In this document: piece after piece, positions 12,600 to 26,630 of the stretch
How the letters are laid out: every line of letters begins with the position of its first letter
Numbering within the stretch: position 1 is the stretch's first letter
NCBI GenBank assembly: GCA_964016885.1
Contig: OZ024740.1
Coordinates: 52,142,001-52,206,000 of the forward strand
Length of the DNA stretch: 64,000 bases
Direction of reading: 5' to 3'
Source of the DNA: Eledone cirrhosa
Lineage: Eukaryota
Translations under genes and position numbers: made by a program
The notes under the pieces: generated by a model
Databases searched by the model: none
The model's input: the letters and a program-made list of their open reading frames with translations, nothing else
Told to the model about the DNA's origin: nothing

Positions 12600-15400
12600 A
12601 TACAAATTGTAATTTATTGGACATTGAAGAATAAAACTAGTGATAATGCAGTTCTTTCACTGATGATTATATCAACATGATCAATAACGGGGAGTATATC
12701 TTTTCAATTGACATCAGGATAAATGTCTCTACATGATCAGAATTCAAAGTACTCATCAACCTATTCTTGTGGAGTTTCAATGACCTTTCATACAAGCTTG
12801 CTGAATGTTAGTCAGTGTTAATGCAATATAAACGTGAACTGCACAGTTGCAGCATCATTTGCACATATAAATGTGGTCATAGGATTCTAATTCAATGTTT
12901 TATTTCACTCTGAGGTCTGTCATCTCAGTGGCAATGCATAAAGGAAGCCGTACTTCTCAAGCTATTCCAATAATTTGCCAAACATATAAATTCAGTTTGT
13001 AATTGCGCGCAAGTTAATTCTTCCGCAATTTCATAAGTAATTCCTTTAATTGTTGAAGTGCAACATGAAGCAAGTATGTCTTTAGCTCTCTAAACTGTGC
13101 AGGTGATAAATCAGGTCCATATATAAAGCCCCATGTGTCTAAAATCCTGACTTTAAGTTGTCAATAGTAATGACTAATATTATGCACATACATGCATGGT
13201 CCCATAACTCCTGAATGAATAGGGTATGTTTAAACCCGGTGGAGCCCAATTCTTTCCAGGTCTGAATACAGTAGAGAAGGATAGAATGAGAGAATATATG
13301 TGAGAGTGAAGGATATAGAGGAATAACCGAACCAGTACTTGATTAGTACTTTTTTTATCGACCTCGAATGGAGGAAAGGCAAAGTTGACCTCGGCGGGAT
13401 TTGAACTCAGGGGGCAGAGAGCTGAAACGAATACCGTAAAGTATTGTATCCAATGTTCTAACGACTCTGCTAACTCGCCGCCTCATATTATCCACACAAA
13501 ACTCAAATTCTTTATGAATATAAAATGTTGTTTTTCATTTGTACCTTCTCTGACTGCTTGCTTTTCTTCCCCAAAAATCTCTTGAATTACAATCTTATTT
13601 AGTGGGTTTCGTTTTTTAAGTCCATTGAAATCAATTATTCTTTTCACCAATTCACAGATCCGTTGAATTTCACAAGTTGATTTAAAGTAGCAATTTCCAA
13701 CTAATGTATTTTAATAGATTTATCCCAACATTGTGTAAGTACTTGGAAAGAGAATTTAATTAAAAACGCGAAAATACATGAATGCTGTCATTATTATTTC
13801 GTATTTCAGAAGAACTTTATATCGAATATATTAAATGAAAAAGATTTTTATTTCTGGAATATTATTGCAGGGCACTTGATATATTTCTTAAAGAAACAAA
13901 TCTTTTGGTAAAATCTACATCTTTTTCGAAGCCATGTATTACTGAAATGGCTTATAATCGACAATGGTTGCTTTAATTTAATTTAACTAAATAAATGATA
14001 AAAGATGAATAGTAAATTGGCAGAAAGAGGCGATGGACTTGTATCACTAATTACACAAATTTATTTTAAGACAAAAACATCAAACACGAATTTGTCCACA
14101 TGACTCACTCATTAGCCAGGTTGAAAAGCTATTGTAAACTTTTTTCATATTTATTCGCCTAATTTATTGTCCTTATTTGTGCCCAATTTATTATCCCTTA
14201 ACAAAGTTTAGAGGCTTAAGGGAATATTTTACTGTAGATTCAATAGTATTTATAGCCTTTCCTGAATGTCCCCGTTGTTCACAAACCGAATAAGAACAGA
14301 AAATTGTCCTCTCATTATCATATCTTGTTACATCACTTATAAGCCTTTTTAATTAATGATAACACTGACATTATGGAATTATCCTCTATTGTTTTGGGTA
14401 CCAATACTAAAGAATTATTACGAATACTTCCAGGCGTGTGTGTGTGTGCCATCTGTATTTTTATTTACAACTTTCTCTAAATGTTCCCTCAATAGCAGAT
14501 CATATTTACTTTGTAGAATGAGAAATTCTAAAAGAATTCCATGATTTATCTATCCATCATTTATTACATAGACTGATAAGCCGTACTAACTGTCCTGCAT
14601 TCATCATATCTGCACCGTTAAGCCTTAAAAGCCTCTCAATAACTACGTCAGCTGTTTATTAACAAGGTGTTGGCAGAGGAGAAGTGACATATGAGCATTT
14701 GCACAATGCCTAGAGTGACTGCTGGGGTGATGTAAAAAAAAGCCTCTGTAGCTTAGCTTTCTTTTACCAAATAAGTTATTACTTCCAAATTTCTATCTGT
14801 GATTTTAATTTCCTTCTCTCCCGAACTTCTAGGAAATAATTGTGGTGTTTGTTGTTTTCATGTTCATTAAGCCTTTGGTATATATGCCCCTAGGTTTTCG
14901 TAGTCTCACAAACGAATTGCTTTCACCTTTTTACGAGACATTTTTCAGTAAAGTGAAATATTATATTGTATGATAACCATTAACGTTGAGAACCATTTCT
15001 CATAGATATAATTCTCGATGGAAAGGAGTTATTTTGGATACAATTGAAAAAAAAAGAACTTACCTATTCTTGGCTTAGTGAAACGATCAGTATCTTAATC
15101 CTATTGTATATGAAATTTCCGTTTAGAAAACCTAGTTTCAGCGCCTGACTTGTTACACTGATTTTTCTCAGACTGGACCTCATACTTTTCACCGTGAGAA
15201 TCTTGTGCTGAAAAATCATATTACATTTAAGAGTTTAGTTATTGATACTTTAGTTTCATTTTCTACTTCATGATACTTCAGCACAGAAGATATCAGCACC
15301 AACTTTAAATATGTTAGCTAGCATCGAACACTTTTCTCTCTGCTTTTCACGGAGTTTTTCAACCTTTCTTTGTGCTCCTTTTTCAGCTAAAAATAGTTAA
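12600..15400 (-). pseudogene. Highly decayed hAT (Tip100/ZMYM-like) transposase, interrupted by a SINE at ~13325-13483
   Basis: Minus-strand remnants LKLHKNRLMSTLNSDHVETFILMSIEK (dimerisation domain, ~12700-12790), HCANAHM (~14685-14710) and NGADMM (DGAxxM-like, ~14600-14622); boundaries approximate. Confidence 0.55.
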
Positions 15401-17097
15401 TACTAACATTCAATCAATTTTGATTCTATCAAATATTTTATGGTTAGTGTTCAAATTAATTAACTCAAACCTTAACTATATTGTGAGCTTTTTCGCTGAA
15501 AGATATATTTAAGCAACATTTGGGGTTGGGTTGGCTAATTTTGTATTACCGATTAGGAATTTTCTTATAGAAACAAAATTACCTAAATATTAGTATTAAT
15601 CTTTTCTTACTTAACATTTTTAAAATAAAAAAAAAACTTCATTTCAAGTATATGTACTTTTAAGGTGTTATTGGAAAATGTTGACATTTAAAAACAAACT
15701 TTTATGAAGTTGAAAGACACAAGTTCTCGAGAAACATTACTATCAATTGGTTGAATATAAAGCGACCAGAACGTAACGTACAAGAGGAACGAAACAAATG
15801 TGTTTATTCACTAGAGTAGTGAAAATAACTCCAAGGTGCTCTACTAGGAAATACTTAAATTAGAAAACAATATACATGGGAGTGATTTATGACACAAATG
15901 AACCCCACAAAGTACATCTTAATTCGTCTAATCGAAAAACCTATTCGCTGAGAGTGATCTACAATTAATTTGAAATTAGTTATGAAGACGATCAACATTT
16001 ATGTGAAATAAGTTGGAAAGAATCAATTCGACTATGTCTATATTAAGAAAAGTAACGTTTGGGGATATCTAGATGATGCTGCAACTACTAGATTCTTCAG
16101 CCGCTTCTGTCGGATTCCAGAGGAGCGTTACTATAAACATAAATTAATCACAAAGTGTTGAATATGAATCAATGTTTGCAAACACGTTTATGTACCGAAA
16201 AATCCTGAGATTTGGGGTAGTAGATTTAATCCATCACCCGGTTTAAGTTCACCATCTGGTCATTGAGTAACTTTAGTTTTCCCCACTGGAAGTATTTAGG
16301 ATAGGTATAAAGGGTGATTCGGTGTTTCCTTTCCACCTCATATTAAACAGTTTATCACCATTATCCTCCACTAAAAATCCCTGCTTGACCTGCTACAAAT
16401 AACAGTCAAATGTCCCAGAGATCACAAACTAACAATCTTATGAAAAGGAAAGTGACATTTGATAATTATTCTTATAGATGCACCATGACTAAAACAGTTG
16501 GAACGTCTTTCTTTGACCACAAGTCTGCTTGATCAAACAATTGCAAGCCACTACCACCATCAACATCAACACTAACACCACCAGTGCTCTTAGAATTAAG
16601 TATGAAATCATACTGATGCCAAAACTATCCTTCCTTAAAAATGTCACGTCACGTTAGATAAGATTGTCGTAGATAAGCTATGCTTGAAACTAAAAGACGA
16701 AATGACTACGGAAGGAAAGTTATCTGTTCATATGTTAGTTCGGCCTGGACTGACTATGATCTAAACAAGAGCAACATTTGTTTTTATCATATAGACACTT
16801 TGATGTATATCAGGCATTGCCTATACTGAAGCAGTTTAGGTAGCGCCTGATGAAATTAACTGAACTGATAAATTCATTGTCTTCATATGGAATGGAATAC
16901 ATTCTTTTAATTGACGGAAGAATTAACCAATAGTTAATAATAGAATATTCTTGGATGATGAAGCGGAAAAATCTCAAATATTAATCAATTTTAAAATATC
17001 TCATTCTTACAGATTAACCATCAATTAATATAGAAAATTAGGTTAGTAGTAGCTAAAATTAACATATAATGCTTCTAATGTCTACATTCTGGAAGAG

Positions 17098-17132
<35 letters not shown>

Positions 17133-17185
17133 GTTTCTGAATTTGTTTAGCAAGATTCTTTATCTGAAAACGTGTGTTGAAACCG

Positions 17186-17481
<296 letters not shown>

Positions 17482-17489
17482 AATAGTTG

Positions 17490-17948
17490 ACAAATAATTT
17501 TTTCGCTCTACATGGCTGAATATATTGCATCATAGTTTTAACAATAGCCATCCCTTGGCCTTTTTCTCATTCATGGGTGGCTTGACCATGACTTTTTAGT
17601 CCTGCGAAGGACTTAGATTCTTTTCTGCATATGCTACAGCGAAAGAAAAACTAAAAAGGCCATGCTCACGAAAAACACGTGAAAGTTATTTTGATCAAAT
17701 GATGCCCGTGCTTGAAGCCTTTTTAAGTGAAGTTTGCACTGAACCAAACCCACTCTCTAAACAACGGCGACAGTCATAAAAAAAGAACACGTCAACATCA
17801 TGGTCCCCTATCGAGTCGCAGGTTATATAACCGAGTTTTCCATCCTTCTCCTAGAATGATATCCTAACAAGAACTATGGGATTCTCACTCCCGGTGGGTT
17901 AACCGCGCGTTTGGTAACCAAATCGAGTATTTCTATCTCCCTGCACAT
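17490..17948 (-). mobile_element. Degenerate RTE-5'UTR-derived element
   Basis: CCTTCTCCTAGAA and CACTCCCGGTGGGTTAACCGCGCG resemble 44083-44150. Confidence 0.55.
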
Positions 17949-18513
17949 ATATATGTTAATGAAGTAGAGATAGACCGTACACTCAGGCGGTTTATTACCT
18001 TTTATAGCCTAAGCTAGGAAAGCGTCTCGAGTATAAGGGAAATGAGAAGAAGAAGAAGAAGAAGAAGAAGAAGAAGAAGAAGAAGAAGAAGAAGAAGAAC
18101 TGAGTGGCGAGAAAGTGTGGGGGGGGGGGGGGAGAAGAGAAGAAAAATATTTAAAAGGAAAGTGGATGTGTAGGATAGGCCCACATTGGCAGGTCGCATG
18201 GCTATGGCTAGCCTGGATTGAAGGTCAGTCAGGGTCTATAACTTCATAGCAAAGGAGGAAGGAAGTAGAGGATGGTGGTCAGAGAGGAGGGTATCCACTT
18301 GTTCGTCACGCACATATATACACGTATCACCTGCCCCCCCCCCAATACACACATATACGTGCACATGGAAAGAAGTTGAAAGGGAGGATGGAGAGTTGGT
18401 ATCAAAAGGGTTAAATCAAGAGAATGACTACAGTCATTTGTTAAGTAGAGAGTTCCGTGTAGTAGATATAGAGAGGAGGAGAGAGCTGTTACAATAGTAA
18501 TAATTATATAATA

Positions 18514-18554
<41 letters not shown>

Positions 18555-18557
18555 CTT

Positions 18558-18610
<53 letters not shown>

Positions 18611-18621
18611 AACGAGTAGGA

Positions 18622-18715
18622 CTCCGACGGCTGAGCTCAAGCCGTTTCGACGGCTAATTCTGGACTATATGAACATTTTTATCCTGGTATATGAATAGCC
18701 GAGCTTCTCAGGGGG
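18622..18715 (-). ncRNA. Type-I hammerhead-like ribozyme in pLTR (core variant CUGAGAA)
   Basis: Reverse complement of the 21860-21953 motif. Confidence 0.6.
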
Positions 18716-19858
18716 TAATTCCATATATGGTAAAAGTCATTGTCACAAGGATTGGTCAAAAGTTTGTTGTTGAGACAATAATTCTATCATGGCAATTTGT
18801 GGAGGGAAGGGGTAGCTGAACCTGCCAGTAGAAGAAAGAGGGAGAGGGGGTGGAAGAAACCCAGTCGTGCGTTGATAGTGCCAACTACGGCTGGGCAGGA
18901 GGTCAAAGAAGATACTAGGGGGGGGGGAGGAAGTCGAAACAATAAGTAAAACAATATGGGGTAAATATATAGAAAAATACCGGGAGTGTTACAAAACAAT
19001 TAAGTGTAAAGAAAAAAACAATTTCTGGTTACTATAACCTAAGGACAGCTATCAAGTCTCTCACTGGTACTGCTAGACTAAAGAAAGGTTTACTAGGTGG
19101 GACGGAATTATAATGAGACCCTTTTAAGAGGTATAAGTAAACAACCGAATATAGCTTACGGTGACGGGTCAACAAGTGGGGGGCCAACATACTAAAGAAA
19201 CTACCACGAAATAATAAATCAGAGTCCCGAGACCAGTACGAAATAAAGGTTTCTACCCCAGGCACAAGGCCAGCAACCACCCAGTGCAAAAAAAAAAAAA
19301 CTAATACGAAATAATAATTCAGAATCCCGAAAAAGAATACTAATACTATCTCTAAGGGTGCCGCCACGCTACAAAAATTCTAGTGCAAACTACATAAATG
19401 CTCGTACGAAGTATATGTAAAATTTGATACGGAAAATTAATTCAGAATCCCCCCCCCCCCCCCCAAAAAAAAATACTGATATACGAGAAATTAAAGCAAA
19501 GATACCACTAAGAAATATAGAAAGCACGGAAAAGGTGCGGCCATCGGATAAGAGGGCTAGTATCCGGGGTCTAACACATCTGCTATAAAAAGCGGAGTCG
19601 GCCAAATCTATCATAGATTAGGGGAAGGGGGTGGTGGTACTGAGGCTACAAGGGACCGAGGGGCTGCCTCGGGTGGGCGAGAAAGTAAAAGGACGACGAC
19701 AAAGAAAGAGGACTGGGGTGGAAGGACTAGGGAGGGATGGGGGGAAGAAGGAAATATAGAGGAAGTGATAAAAAGATATAGAAGAAGATATTAGGTCTAC
19801 CTTTGCAAGCAGGGGTTACCCGATACAAAATCGGCAAGTGGGGTGTTATAGCCCTAGT

Positions 19859-20700
19859 CTACCCCCCCCCCGGGTCATTATGGGGTTTGAGGGCGAGGTA
19901 AGTCCTACGCAATCGGTGTTTACATGCAGTTACCAGTTCATCTTTCTTGTTTAGGAGTTGGTCCGTCGAGAACAGCATTTGTAAAGTTTCCTCCGAGCAT
20001 AAATTGCACGGACGGCGTCCTCCCGTGTAAGTGTTGGCTCTGGATAGTAAGCTCCAAGTGAGATCATAGGTAATATTGTTTACCTTGAGGTCCCATATGT
20101 GGCCCGAAAGTGTAGTGGCGTGACGCTGGGCCAGGTTTCGGAAGGTATGTCTGTGTTGGTATAGCCGGGTCTTGAAGTCACATGCGGTTAATCCTATATA
20201 GGCTTTGTTGGAGGTGTCCGTCCTCACGTTGCACTGGTAGATCACATTACGATCTCTGCGTCTGTTGTCGAGGGGGAAAATGGATCCATCAGGACAGTTG
20301 CACCTCCTGGTCGGCTCTCCACTGCTATTTCGGTTATTTCTTCCATGGGGGTTGAATTTTTTGTTGTTAGAGGAGACGATGTTTTGTGCAAAGTTTGGTG
20401 TGGTGCTGTAGGAGAGTTTGATGGTATTTTTGTTAATTATGTTGTGGTAGCGGTGTTGTAGTGGGAAGTGTTTTTCAATGAACCTAAAGAAGATTTTCCT
20501 TATAGGAGTTGTCACCTCGGCGTTGTGGGGGAGGATTGAACCATGTTACGTTGCGTGAGCGACGGTGTCGCTTGCTGGTTCCGCTAATAGAAGCTGGACA
20601 GTAGGATATTTCCTCCCGGAAACCACTCCGCTTGAGGGCCTGGTTGTAGTAAGGCGCATGTTCCTCGAATATCTGCTCATTAGCTGACAAACGAGATATG
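19859..20700 (-). pseudogene. PLE RT-thumb/linker plus GIY-YIG endonuclease (frameshifted)
   Basis: WFNPP, NKNTIKLSYS, CNC, NVIYQCNV..AYIGLT..FKTRLYQH, CNLCSEE, LLNKKDEL..CKH. Confidence 0.88.
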
Positions 20701-21859
20701 CGGAGTGGTTTCCGGGAGGTAGACTAGGGGGTAAACTAGGGCTATAACACCCCACTTGCCGATTTTGTATCGGGTAACCCCTGCTTGCAAAGGTAGACCT
20801 AATATCTTCTTCTATATCTTTTTATCACTTCCTCTATATTTCCTTCTTCCCCCATCCCTCCCTAGTCCTTCCACCCCAGTCCTCTTTCTTTGTCGTCGTC
20901 CTTTTACTTTCTCGCCCACCCGAGGCAGCCCCTCGGTCCCTTGTAGCCTCAGTACCACCACCCCCTTCCCCTAATCTATGATAGATTTGGCCGACTCCGC
21001 TTTTTATAGCAGATGTGTTAGACCCCGGATACTAGCCCTCTTATCCGATGGCCGCACCTTTTCCGTGCTTTCTATATTTCTTAGTGGTATCTTTGCTTTA
21101 ATTTCTCGTATATCAGTATTTTTTTTTGGGGGGGGGGGATTCTGAATTAATTTTCCGTATCAAATTTTACATATACTTCGTACGAGCATTTATGTAGTTT
21201 GCACTAGAATTTTTGTAGCGTGGCGGCACCCTTAGAGATAGTATTAATATTCTTTTTCGGGATTCTGAATTATTATTTCGTATTAGTTTTTTTTTTTTTG
21301 CACTGGGTGGTTGCTGGCCTTGTGCCTGGGGTAGAAACCTTTATTTCGTACTGGTCTCGGGACTCTGATTTATTATTTCGTGGTGGTTTCTTTAGTATTT
21401 TGGCTCCCCACTTGTTGACCCGTCACCGTAAGATATATTCGGTTGTTTATTTATACCTCTTAAAAGGGTCTCATTATAATTCCGTCCCACCTAGTAAACC
21501 TTTCTTTAGTCTAGCAGTACCAGTGAGAGACTTGATAGCTGTCCTTAGGTAACCAGAAATTGTTTTTTTCTTTACACTTAATTGTTTTTTAACACTCCCG
21601 GTATTTTTCTATATATTTACTCCATATTGTTTTACTTATTGTTTCGAGTCCCCCCCTCCTAGTATCTTCTTTGACCTCCTGCCCAACCGTAGTTGGCACT
21701 ATCAACGCACTACTGGGTTTCTTCCACCCTCTCCCTCTTTCTTCTACTGGCAGGTTCAGCTATCCCTTCCCTCCACAAATTGCCATGATAGAATTATTGT
21801 CTCAACAACAAACTTTTGACCAATCCTTGTGACAATCACTTTTACCATATATGAAATTA

Positions 21860-21953
21860 CCCCCTGAGAAGCTCGGCTATTCAAATACCAAGATAAAAAT
21901 GTTCATATAGTCCAGAATTAGCCGTCGAAACGGCTTGAGCTCAGCCGTCGGGG
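21860..21953 (+). ncRNA. Type-I hammerhead-like ribozyme in pLTR (core variant CUGAGAA)
   Basis: Stem I CCCC/GGGG; CTGAGAA; stem II CGGCTA..TAGCCG with long loop; GAAA; stem III ACGGCT/AGCCGT; GUC triplet at 21947-21949. Confidence 0.65.
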
Positions 21954-22045
21954 TCCTACTCGTTCCTATTACCCACTCTACTACCCTAAGTATTGAGTAC
22001 TTTGGTGCGTTATGGTCCACCTGGTTCCTTACTACATATCCTTCG

Positions 22046-22110
<65 letters not shown>

Positions 22111-22113
<3 letters not shown>

Positions 22114-24310
22114 TGAGTCCTCGATATACGGTATATATGCGTTCCTGAAACCCTTGCCGTATATCGAATTACCGTATAAAGAACACATTATAACATGAAA
22201 TAGATAGAGATGCGTTCCAGCACATCGACAAAAGTCATCCGTACAGAAAAGAAATAATGTTTTTTTTTATTTACTGTACCTTACACATGCCGCGTAGTCC
22301 ATCAGATGATGTGCCTCTTCATTTGTCCCTCCCGAGGCTAAGGGACAGTATGGGTTTCAGCCCTTACTCATCTTGGGCTGAGTTGGTAGGGGAGCATAAG
22401 GGTGATGTGGCAGGCTCAAAACCAACAAACTCGTTGACTGCAGTGGATGTTGAAGGGCCAGCTGTAGCACGGTTGGCAGGTGTGACTGGCTTGAAGAAAG
22501 AGTCGATGGAGGACTGTTTGGCGGTGATTCCTTTGGCTTCATACATTTCTTGGTAAATCTTGACGCTTTTCTCGACATCTTGAGCCACTTTGCTGCTCCT
22601 AGCAGGGTTGGGGTCACACTTCAGGTTTTCTAAGATTGTTTCGATACTCCCGAGACATTCTCTTAGAGTCCAAGCCACACACAGGTTCTTCTTCCTCCTC
22701 TTCTTCTTTTTCTCTCTCCTTTATCGCCTTGTCTAGTTCTATGAGTTCATCATTGGAGAGTGGTTCCGCGTGGCTTTCCAAAAGTCTTGCACATCATCAT
22801 CATTAACACCATCGAAGCCAGCTCTATGGCAGAGATTTACAATATCTTTTTTTATCGCACTAATGTCCTCAGCAAAGCCTTGGAAGTCATTCACACATGC
22901 TGGCCATAATTTCTTCCAGGCCAAGTTCATGGTAGACTGCTTCACTTCTTCCCGAGATGCCTTGATGTTGTCTAAGCCGTGCTTGATGTTGTACAATTTC
23001 CACCATTCCCTGATCGTGGGCTTGTCAGGCCCATCTGTGCCCTTTATCAGCTGCTGCAAGGTTCTCCGCTGGTAGTATGCCTTAAATGTTTTTATGACTG
23101 TTTGATCCATCGGCTGGTTGAGAGCTGTGGTGTTTGGGGGGAGAAAGAAAACCTCAATATTTTCTGACCACTCTTCCAATGCCCGTGGGTGGCTGGGGCG
23201 TTGTCCACTAATAGCAGAAAACGGTTGGCAATGTTGTTAGCTAATGCATATTCCTTAAGGGTTGGTGACAGATATGAGGTGAAAAAATCCTGGTGAATTG
23301 AAATGATCAGCCATGCCTTCTTATTAGACTTCCATATCACTGGTAGGTATTGCTTAAGTAACCCCTTGAGTGCTCTTGGAGTTTCAGAATGGTAGGTAAT
23401 GAGTGGCTTTAGCCTTAAATCTCATTCTGCATTCCCTCCAAGTAACAGAGTAACGCCGTTCTTTGAGGCTTTGAACCCCTTCGCACTTTTCTCCTCCTTG
23501 TCAATATAAGTATTACTGGTCATCCTTTTCCAATAAAGTCCTGTTTCATCATAATTAATAACCGGTTTTTGCTGTACCCCTTCTCTGCAATGCATTTCTC
23601 TAACTCTGCCATGAATTTTTCAGCACTCTCTTTGTCGGAACTGGGAGCCTCACCTGTAACTTTTATGTTGTGAAGACTCGAACGTCGTTTGAACTTATCA
23701 AACCAGCCTTTGCTTGCCTTGAATACAAGTCCTCCACCCCCATTTCAGCCTTGAGCCTGTCAATAATGGACAATGCTTTCTCACTGATTACATTTAAAGA
23801 CAGAGGCATATTGTGACGATTTTGGTCGTCGATCCAAATTTTGAGCAACCTTTCCATCCTATCCATAATCGGCTCATGATGTTTGGTCAACAATTTACTC
23901 TGTAGACTCGTAGCATTCTCCCCAGCTTTTTTGACAGCCTCACTATTTTTTTAAAACAGTCCAGACTGTAGACTGGGCTAGGCCTAAGTTACGACTTATG
24001 GCGGTCGTACCTTGCTCCTGTTCCTTCCTTTTCAAAATGTCCAGCTTTATCTCCAAAGTCAGGCTCTTCCTCATGCGTTTGGCCTTTCCATCTACATCAG
24101 CAATATTCGCAGGACGTTTTGGGGCCATGAGATATGGAGTTATAAGATATGCCGTGATAATTATGCTCCAAAAACACGCCGTCGGGTTTTCTCTTACTTT
24201 GAATGATGTCATAACTCTTAACTGATCACTTCAGTTCGGCAAAAATTCTCTCACTGAGAGGCACGCTAGTTTGCCAAACTGAAGTGATCAGTTAAGATTA
24301 TGACGTCATC
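22111..24310 (-). mobile_element. Tigger/pogo DNA transposon with disrupted CENP-B-type transposase (22364-24128)
   Basis: MAPKRP..RKSLTLEIKLDILKR HTH, LLLVDNAPATH, FLPPNTTALNQPMDQTVIKTFKAYY; TA|CAGTGAGTCCTCGATATACG terminus at 22111; other TIR not found. Confidence 0.88.
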
Positions 24311-25603
24311 GACCGATACCTGAACTCGCTCATGATTGGCTAGTTTCTTGGAAAGGTCAGTTAGTACGATAGCAGTAGTAACACAATTTTCCTAGAATTC
24401 GAATAGCAGTCAGTTTCCACGAATTTACTCTAGAGATATATCTACTTTACCATGCAAACAGCTATACGGTATTACATAGCTTACCATATACTGGGTAGAC
24501 AGCAATCTAGCAAAACCTTTGATATATTTTGGGAGGGTAGACTGTATCTAAGATTAAATTAATATAAATATATAAGACTTTGTATGGGAAATTCAATTAT
24601 GGCACTTTATAATACTTGATAGGCAACTTTATAATGATACCTTAATGTATTAGAAGAGAGTAGACTGGGTTTAAAATTAAATTAAATATAAATATATAGT
24701 TTCTATATTAGGCCCTCAATTATAATACTGTATAAAGTCCCTTAGAACAATGAGTGTAATTATTATTATAATGAGCTAGTTACCTCTCCTTACGCATTAG
24801 CTCCCCTTATTTCCATTCCCACTTCCGTGTAGTAAATTCTCCCAGCTCTACGATTGTAGTATACGATACGGACTAAATAACACTAAGTTACTTTACTTTA
24901 CAAGCCATTACTATAACAGACACTCAACACAAATACATCGTGACAAATGTAATGGATGTGAAACCTGGAACTTTCTTATTCTACACACACATATTTGATC
25001 TACACAGAAAATATCTCAGCATTGCAACCACCATAATATAATAACACACCCGCTTTAAGTGCTTGTATTCTGTATGCAACACCCAGCATTCATATATGCT
25101 TGATACTTTTGCTTGTTCAATTGCTTTATATATGAATAACGCACGTACTGTCTCTTTAATTTTATTTATTTACTAGACGCTCTTGTATTATCTGTCACAT
25201 GTGCTCCACCAAAAGCTTTTAATTTTAATTTTGAATCTAATTGTACAATTATAGTTTAACATAATATATGTCGCATCCATCCCACAATATGTATCTGTAT
25301 GATTCTTCAGCGGAATAGGAGGCTGATTATATGTACAAACATTATTAGTAATGCTCCGAAGATTCCAAGCCTAGGCTTAGAAGAAACAATTGTCAGCAAT
25401 GAAATGTTCTAGCATAGCTTAGAATCAAAGCTATATATATATATATTAGAAAATGGTTTTTTTTTCAAAAATGAAAAAAAACGAGATGTCCTACACGAGT
25501 GAAAGTATAAGGAAAAAAGATGAAATCGAAAATACAACTGCAGTCTTTTTAAGAATATTTATTTGGTTCCTTTACCGGTGGCATTTCGATTTCATCTTTT
25601 CCC

Positions 25604-25644
<41 letters not shown>

Positions 25645-25686
25645 TTGAATAATAAAAACCGTAGCGGTATGTCGCATATCCAATCT

Positions 25687-25753
25687 TATATTTTATCTGA
25701 TGAAAACGTACTTAAACACCATTGTACCTTTGAAATATGTATAATAAAATATA
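25687..25753 (+). ncRNA. Type-I hammerhead ribozyme
   Basis: Stem I TATATTTTAT/ATAAAATATA; CTGATGA 25697-25703; stem II AAACGTAC/GTACCTTT; GAAA 25732-25735; near-palindromic stem III ATATGTAT; AUA triplet. Confidence 0.7.
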
Positions 25754-25810
25754 TATTTTGATTTCGAGAATATTTTTCATTTATTAATATTTTGAATAAT
25801 ATATATATAT

Positions 25811-26336
25811 AGATACAAATTTGGCTGTATTGTGCTGTGCTTTCTAGCAAAAAACCACCAGCCGTAAGCAACTACCACACTCCTTCCAACCTGACCGCTG
25901 CTACGTCACGATTCTTAGCCATTTTTTAATGTATTCTTGGCACGATCACTTTGGAAAATTTATTGTCTAGATTAGAGCAAACTCCTGAAGAGTCCGATGC
26001 TCGAGTTTCCAAAGTTATTGGAAATCTCAAAATGCGGATGAAACCATGGTAGAGGTAAATAAATGTATTCTCTTTTCTCCTAGTTTATTTTACACATAAT
26101 TCTGTTTAATTAACTGTATATCTGGGCGATTACGCTGTCGAAATATTCGATAAATATTCCGTCGCTGCCGACGCGAAGGGCTAGTTTCGGTTAATTGTTG
26201 GAGATTTTTTCATAGAAGCCTTATTCTTATAGCCTGGTCTATTCGATTTTTTTTATATAGTTGATTATGCTAATTAGGAGAGAAAATGGTATATATTTTA
26301 TCTGGTGATTCTATAGACATGTTTTATGATATATAT
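25811..26336 (+). mobile_element. HHR-bearing non-coding retrozyme-like element, copy A (HHR 25982-26054)
   Basis: Homologous to 26631-27259 (rc) and 38958-39659; CTGAAGA-GTCCG..CGGAT-GAAA-CCATGG-TA; TA-rich flanks. Confidence 0.75.
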
Positions 26337-26560
26337 ACAGTTGTCTGTAAGGAGGTAGTGATTCACATATGTGTGTATATATAATTGAATATAAAAGAGT
26401 GGTAAACACAAATATATACATATATGTGTTCAAATCGTAAGAGACTAGATTCGCTAGGGTGAAAAAAATACTAACTACGAACAATAGGGTTTGCCAGACT
26501 CAATTTAAAAGAATAATTTAAGAAAAAGAATACAAACCGAAATTGTGACAACTGTCAGAA

Positions 26561-26624
<64 letters not shown>

Positions 26625-26630
26625 GTGTAT

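Larger units (their letters stand above)
18609..22049 (-). mobile_element. 5'-truncated Penelope-like element with inverted pseudo-LTRs, inserted in (TA)n
   Basis: GIY-YIG ORF on -; ~1.25-kb inverted repeat 18609-19872 vs 20712-21966; (TA)n on both sides; HHR in each repeat. Confidence 0.9.

Noticed and set aside
16050-16103. Minus-strand CTGAAGA followed by ATCTAG/CTAGAT stem
   Set aside because: No GAAA adjoining the stem and no stem I
21220-21552. Hydrophobic 110-aa ORF duplicated in both pLTRs
   Set aside because: Conserved only because of the recent inverted duplication; non-ATG start; T-rich composition
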